64,000 nucleotides of DNA from Candidatus Ozemobacteraceae bacterium (lineage in GTDB: Bacteria > Muiribacteriota > Ozemobacteria > Ozemobacterales > Ozemobacteraceae): positions 3,296,001 through 3,360,000 of the forward strand of contig OZ223236.1 in NCBI GenBank assembly GCA_965140445.1. The letters are read 5' to 3'. Within the stretch, counting starts at the first letter, position 1. Every line of letters starts with the position of its first letter. Below are positions 60,170 to 64,000 of the stretch, one piece after another. The translations under genes and the position numbers were made by a program. Below the pieces are notes generated by a model that was given only the letters and a program-made list of their open reading frames with translations, had not been told where the DNA came from and searched no databases.

Positions 60170-62056
60170 ATGAAGGTCGAAAATTCTAGTAATAACAACA
60201 TCCCAAAAAGACTATTTGAGCATCCAGAATTTGACAGAATTTCGGATGAACAAATAGCAAAATACGAAGGAACAGTAAGCAAAATTTCTTTCCAGGAGCT
60301 TGGGATAACCTGGTCTGTAGCAATTGCATTTTTATTGGCATACCTTGGTTGTTATTTGCTGGGCATCAATTATGGCACAGTTTTACACGCCAGAATTTTA
60401 TATGCAGTCTTCGTATTCTTCAATGTTTTTGCCGCTATGTATGCATTTTATAGCTGGTTGATTTTACCTACCAGAAGTATTGCAAGCGATTTCATGCTCT
60501 CAATTAGCGTTGGCTTTATTGGTGCAGCCTTTGGAAATTCGCTGGATTACTTTTTATGGCTAGGTGGTTTAGCAGGTTTCAAAGAAAGCCCAGTGATAAA
60601 CATGATTTTTGTTTTTTCTATGTTGATGGCTTTTCCCGGAATTCATATGTTGGGAAGGGTCTGCCGAGTTGAATTTAATAAACAACCCCTGATTTATTAT
60701 CTGGTTATTATTTGTACTTATGGGGCAATTCCACTCATAATGAATCCAGGCATCATTGGTTCATTTATGAAATATGGCGAGTTTTCACAGTATGGGAATT
60801 TTTGTAATGGCCAGAATATAAAAGAGTTCTTTTTTGGAATTCTTTACGCGATGACCGGAGGTTACCTGGCATCGGTGTGTTTACATGTCTGGCAGTCAGC
60901 AAAAGGGAAACTTGTAAGTTCTGCCCGCCTTGTCTGTCTTGGAATGGTTTCTCTAAGTTTTGGATGCGCAATTTACGCGGGACTTTTCCCGAAAGTAGTG
61001 GCTACAGAAGTGGCTTCAAGCCCAATTAACTTTGTCATCGCCCTTGGCTATGTTCTAACTGCCTGCGGTATAAGAAGAACCGAAAGAATACTAAGTGCGT
61101 TACTTAACAGCGGATCTCCAAAATTGCCGCCTTCAATGATGCTTATGGAATTGTTTGGTAAAACAGAAGGATTAAAGGTATACAACAGGCTAGAATTAAG
61201 TATTAAAAACACACTTCAGGATCTTTCTAAATCACGGGAAGAAACCAAGTTAAAAAAAGAAGAAATCAGCGAATTGGAAAGCGAAATTCGTTTGCGCAAG
61301 CAGGTCGAAAAGGATTTAGTTCTTGCCAAGGAAAAAGCTGAAGAAGCTAATAGAGCCAAATCTAAATTCTTAGCTATGATGAGTCATGAATTGAAAACCC
61401 CTTTAACAGTAATAAAAGGCTACAGCGAACTGTTAAAAGGAGCAGCCGGGAAAAAAATTATTGCTCAGGGAAAGATCCCAGAGATTTCTGCGCAAATTGT
61501 TAATAGTTCGGATAATTTAGCAGCTATGGTTAATACTCTTTTAGAGTTTTCACAATTAGAAAGTGGAACTTTTTCTCTAAAAAATGAAATTTTTCCTTTG
61601 GAAAAGATTCTTCCATATGTTCGGGCAATTGCTGAAACAAACAGAAAAGCCTCAAAAGCCGAATATATCGAAAATATTCCTGATGAATCAATCATGCTAA
61701 ATACTGACAAACATGGTCTTCAACACATAATAGCCAATCTTCTTGTAAATGCATTCAAATTTTGTAATGAAACCAGCGTTAAACTGGAAATTTTAAAAGA
61801 AAATAATGTTTTATCGGTTTCGGTTAGCGATAAGGGGATCGGCATAGATAAAGAGAATCAGGAAAGGATTTTTCAGGCGTTCTACCAGGTAAGTCTTGGA
61901 ACAAATCGAAAATTTGGTGGCATTGGTCTTGGGTTAAGTATTGTTTCGAGAATAGTTGATGAAATGGAAGGGCAGATCACCTTAGAAAGTAAGCCCGGTG
62001 AAGGAAGCAAATTTACCGTTTCCCTCCCGATAATTTGCACTGGCAACGAAAAGTAA
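60170..62056 (+). CDS. polytopic membrane sensor histidine kinase
   Basis: ~8 TM helices; KSKFLAMMSHELKTPL (H box); NLLVNAFKF; DKGIGI; GIGLGL. Confidence 0.92.
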   Translation: MKVENSSNNNIPKRLFEHPEFDRISDEQIAKYEGTVSKISFQELGITWSVAIAFLLAYLGCYLLGINYGTVLHARILYAVFVFFNVFAAMYAFYSWLILPTRSIASDFMLSISVGFIGAAFGNSLDYFLWLGGLAGFKESPVINMIFVFSMLMAFPGIHMLGRVCRVEFNKQPLIYYLVIICTYGAIPLIMNPGIIGSFMKYGEFSQYGNFCNGQNIKEFFFGILYAMTGGYLASVCLHVWQSAKGKLVSSARLVCLGMVSLSFGCAIYAGLFPKVVATEVASSPINFVIALGYVLTACGIRRTERILSALLNSGSPKLPPSMMLMELFGKTEGLKVYNRLELSIKNTLQDLSKSREETKLKKEEISELESEIRLRKQVEKDLVLAKEKAEEANRAKSKFLAMMSHELKTPLTVIKGYSELLKGAAGKKIIAQGKIPEISAQIVNSSDNLAAMVNTLLEFSQLESGTFSLKNEIFPLEKILPYVRAIAETNRKASKAEYIENIPDESIMLNTDKHGLQHIIANLLVNAFKFCNETSVKLEILKENNVLSVSVSDKGIGIDKENQERIFQAFYQVSLGTNRKFGGIGLGLSIVSRIVDEMEGQITLESKPGEGSKFTVSLPIICTGNEK

Positions 62057-62136
62057 TTTAATCTGGTTTCCGTTAGCAAAATATCAAATTGAAATTATTT
62101 TTCTTTCATGGGAGCATATAAGCAATGGAGGCGAAT

Positions 62137-63726
62137 ATGGCAAACCTTTTTGAGAAAGCAAAAGACCTGTTTCAACGTGTTCCAGCTTCACCAACAAATC
62201 CGCAACAGCAGCAATCAAATGCGGAATTTAACATAGAAGATCTTTACGATTCCGAAAAAAATAATAGAGTCTCAGAGTCTCCAGGGCTTGATGAAAAACT
62301 TAGGCAAGCATATTTCTGGATCACAAACACTGCCATAATTAGTCCGTTTTACGACATTGAATATAACGAAGAACCGCCAAGAACGTTTACTTTTGGTGAC
62401 CGAAAGTTAGAATTATCGCTGCCAACCGGGCAAAGTTATTCAAGCTTTGTGCTTATTCCCTTATTAAATTTAGCTGTAAGAGGAAGATGCCTTATTGTAG
62501 GTGGCCCCGGACGCGGTAAAACAGCAACAGCAATTTTAATGGGCCTTCTTGCTGGTTATTCCCAAATTGAGGTCAAAAGAGCTATTCAACATGGTCAACC
62601 CCAAATGACCATAGCCGATTTACTTGGACACCCGTTACCAGCAGATATGGTAAAAGCTGAAAGCATGGGCGACATAAGAGTTTCCTGGCGAAAATGGCTC
62701 TCTATGCGCGTTAAGATTATTGATGAATACAATCGAATCCCAACCAGAACACAATCCGCATTATTAACAGTTCTGGGAGATAATTATGCTGAAATTCTGG
62801 ATCAGGTTTTTGAATGCCCCGATTCCGCATGGTATCTAACCGCAAATGATGATGGGGGAGGCGGAACCTATCAGGTTATTGAAGCATTAAGAGACAGAAT
62901 AGACATTGTCATTAGAGCATTTCACTTTAACACTCGCTTTCTGTCGGATTTACAAAAGAGAATCGAACTTTCATTTAAACCTGAAGAAATTATTCCTGAT
63001 GAAATAATTTTTTCTGAAGAAGAAATTTCTCAAATGAACAAAGAAATTCGGCGAATAAAAATCAATGACCAGGTTCGTCGACCACTGGAATTCTTCTGCC
63101 GCCACTTTGAATTTTTTGAACCAGCTTCAACTTCGCTTGAGTATATGACAAAAGATACCGCAAAGCTTTCTGGAATGGATTTTCAACAATTGGCACGGGA
63201 AGAGACCGGCAAAGATCTGGTGCGCGATCTGGGGTCTCAGACTAAAAATGGTCTGTCAGTCAGAAAGTTAATGACTATTATTCAATTCAGCAAGGCTTTG
63301 GCTTATTTCAGAGGCTCTTCAGTTGTCGAAATGGAAGATCTGCGTCAAATCATTCCTTTTGTATTGCATGACACACTTAGCCCACACCTTGAATCCCCGT
63401 TTTTTGACGAACCTAATCATGAAGCATATAGAGTTGATCGCATCACATGGATCCGCAAGCTTTTTGATCTTTCGTGCCAGGAATATTACCGACTTGGATT
63501 TGAAAAAAATGACCCGCTCGTAGAGTTTGAAAAAGAATTTGATCGTGGACTGGAAGGCGTTTCCAAGACAGAAGTTGAAAAACGTATGAATGCAATAGAA
63601 AAAGAGCTGAATAAGATTAGCAAATCAGGAAAGCTATATGGATACATGGCAGACGATATACTTAAATTAAAATATCTTCATCAAAGGTACAACAACTACC
63701 GGAGATGGCTGAAATGGAAAAAATAA
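62137..63726 (+). CDS. MoxR-like AAA+ ATPase
   Basis: Walker A GGPGRGKT; Walker B IIDEYNR..TQSALL; LTAN; ALRDR; GGAGG RBS before ATG 62137. Confidence 0.8.
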   Translation: MANLFEKAKDLFQRVPASPTNPQQQQSNAEFNIEDLYDSEKNNRVSESPGLDEKLRQAYFWITNTAIISPFYDIEYNEEPPRTFTFGDRKLELSLPTGQSYSSFVLIPLLNLAVRGRCLIVGGPGRGKTATAILMGLLAGYSQIEVKRAIQHGQPQMTIADLLGHPLPADMVKAESMGDIRVSWRKWLSMRVKIIDEYNRIPTRTQSALLTVLGDNYAEILDQVFECPDSAWYLTANDDGGGGTYQVIEALRDRIDIVIRAFHFNTRFLSDLQKRIELSFKPEEIIPDEIIFSEEEISQMNKEIRRIKINDQVRRPLEFFCRHFEFFEPASTSLEYMTKDTAKLSGMDFQQLAREETGKDLVRDLGSQTKNGLSVRKLMTIIQFSKALAYFRGSSVVEMEDLRQIIPFVLHDTLSPHLESPFFDEPNHEAYRVDRITWIRKLFDLSCQEYYRLGFEKNDPLVEFEKEFDRGLEGVSKTEVEKRMNAIEKELNKISKSGKLYGYMADDILKLKYLHQRYNNYRRWLKWKK

Positions 63727-64000
63727 CCTTTCCCCCTCTAATTGAGCTGATAAAAGAAAAGGCCGAAACCCTGAATTCGTTAATTAGATCTGCCAACGCC
63801 ATTTCGGGAAGATTTAATCAGGCCAGAATTCCTTTATGGTTCCAGGAAATTATCCAGCCTGTTTTTCAAAATCTTTATAAATTTGATAAGTCCTCAACTG
63901 AAAAGCTGTTTAATTTGCTATTTGAGGACATGCTAAATTCCATCTCTGGAAAGCATCAAGATACAGAGTGGGCCACAACAGTTTCCAGTCGGCTGTTAAT
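63714..64000 (+). CDS. 5' part of a hypothetical protein coupled to the AAA+ ATPase (runs off the window)
   Basis: ATG 63714 overlaps the end of the upstream gene; GGAG RBS; frame open to the window end (MEKITFPPLIELIKEKAE...). Confidence 0.65.
   Translation, partial: MEKITFPPLIELIKEKAETLNSLIRSANAISGRFNQARIPLWFQEIIQPVFQNLYKFDKSSTEKLFNLLFEDMLNSISGKHQDTEWATTVSSRLL

Overview
AT-rich bacterial window, probably from a diderm anaerobe (TolC, Tat substrates, Na+ decarboxylase); the 31.4-kb pilin-like ORF weakly suggests Ca. Riflebacteria. Two regions stand out. (1) 296-21320 is a tightly coupled 16-gene operon. It joins an isoprenoid module (DUF116-fused polyprenyl synthase, a prenyltransferase/squalene-oxidase-repeat protein, a class II terpene cyclase with DGDD, a radical SAM enzyme) to a redox chain (NuoE-NuoF/BfuCB-like fusion with bifurcation-type motifs, a truncated Fe-S-only partner, a NapH-like membrane polyferredoxin, a Tat ferredoxin), four PQQ-like beta-propellers and a LolD/FtsX-type ABC exporter. 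It contains no squalene synthase. (2) 44724-51476 is an integron-like locus. Its tyrosine recombinase lacks the IntI-specific insertion but has an N-terminal HARP-like domain. It is followed by an attI-like site, a ~5-kb cassette encoding an Avs4 anti-phage STAND nuclease flanked by ~58-bp inverted repeats, a non-canonical attC hairpin and a VOC gene. The rest includes an M29 aminopeptidase, a MacAB-TolC-type exporter, an adenylate cyclase, a 13-IPT/TIG-repeat lipoprotein, asnS, oadGAB, an amidase, a histidine kinase, an AAA+ ATPase, a frameshifted kinase, a 39-aa Lys-rich small ORF missed by the track, several terminators, and sigma70 and sigma54 promoters. No rRNA, tRNA or CRISPR array was seen. 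All family calls come from motif recognition by eye; no searches were run.
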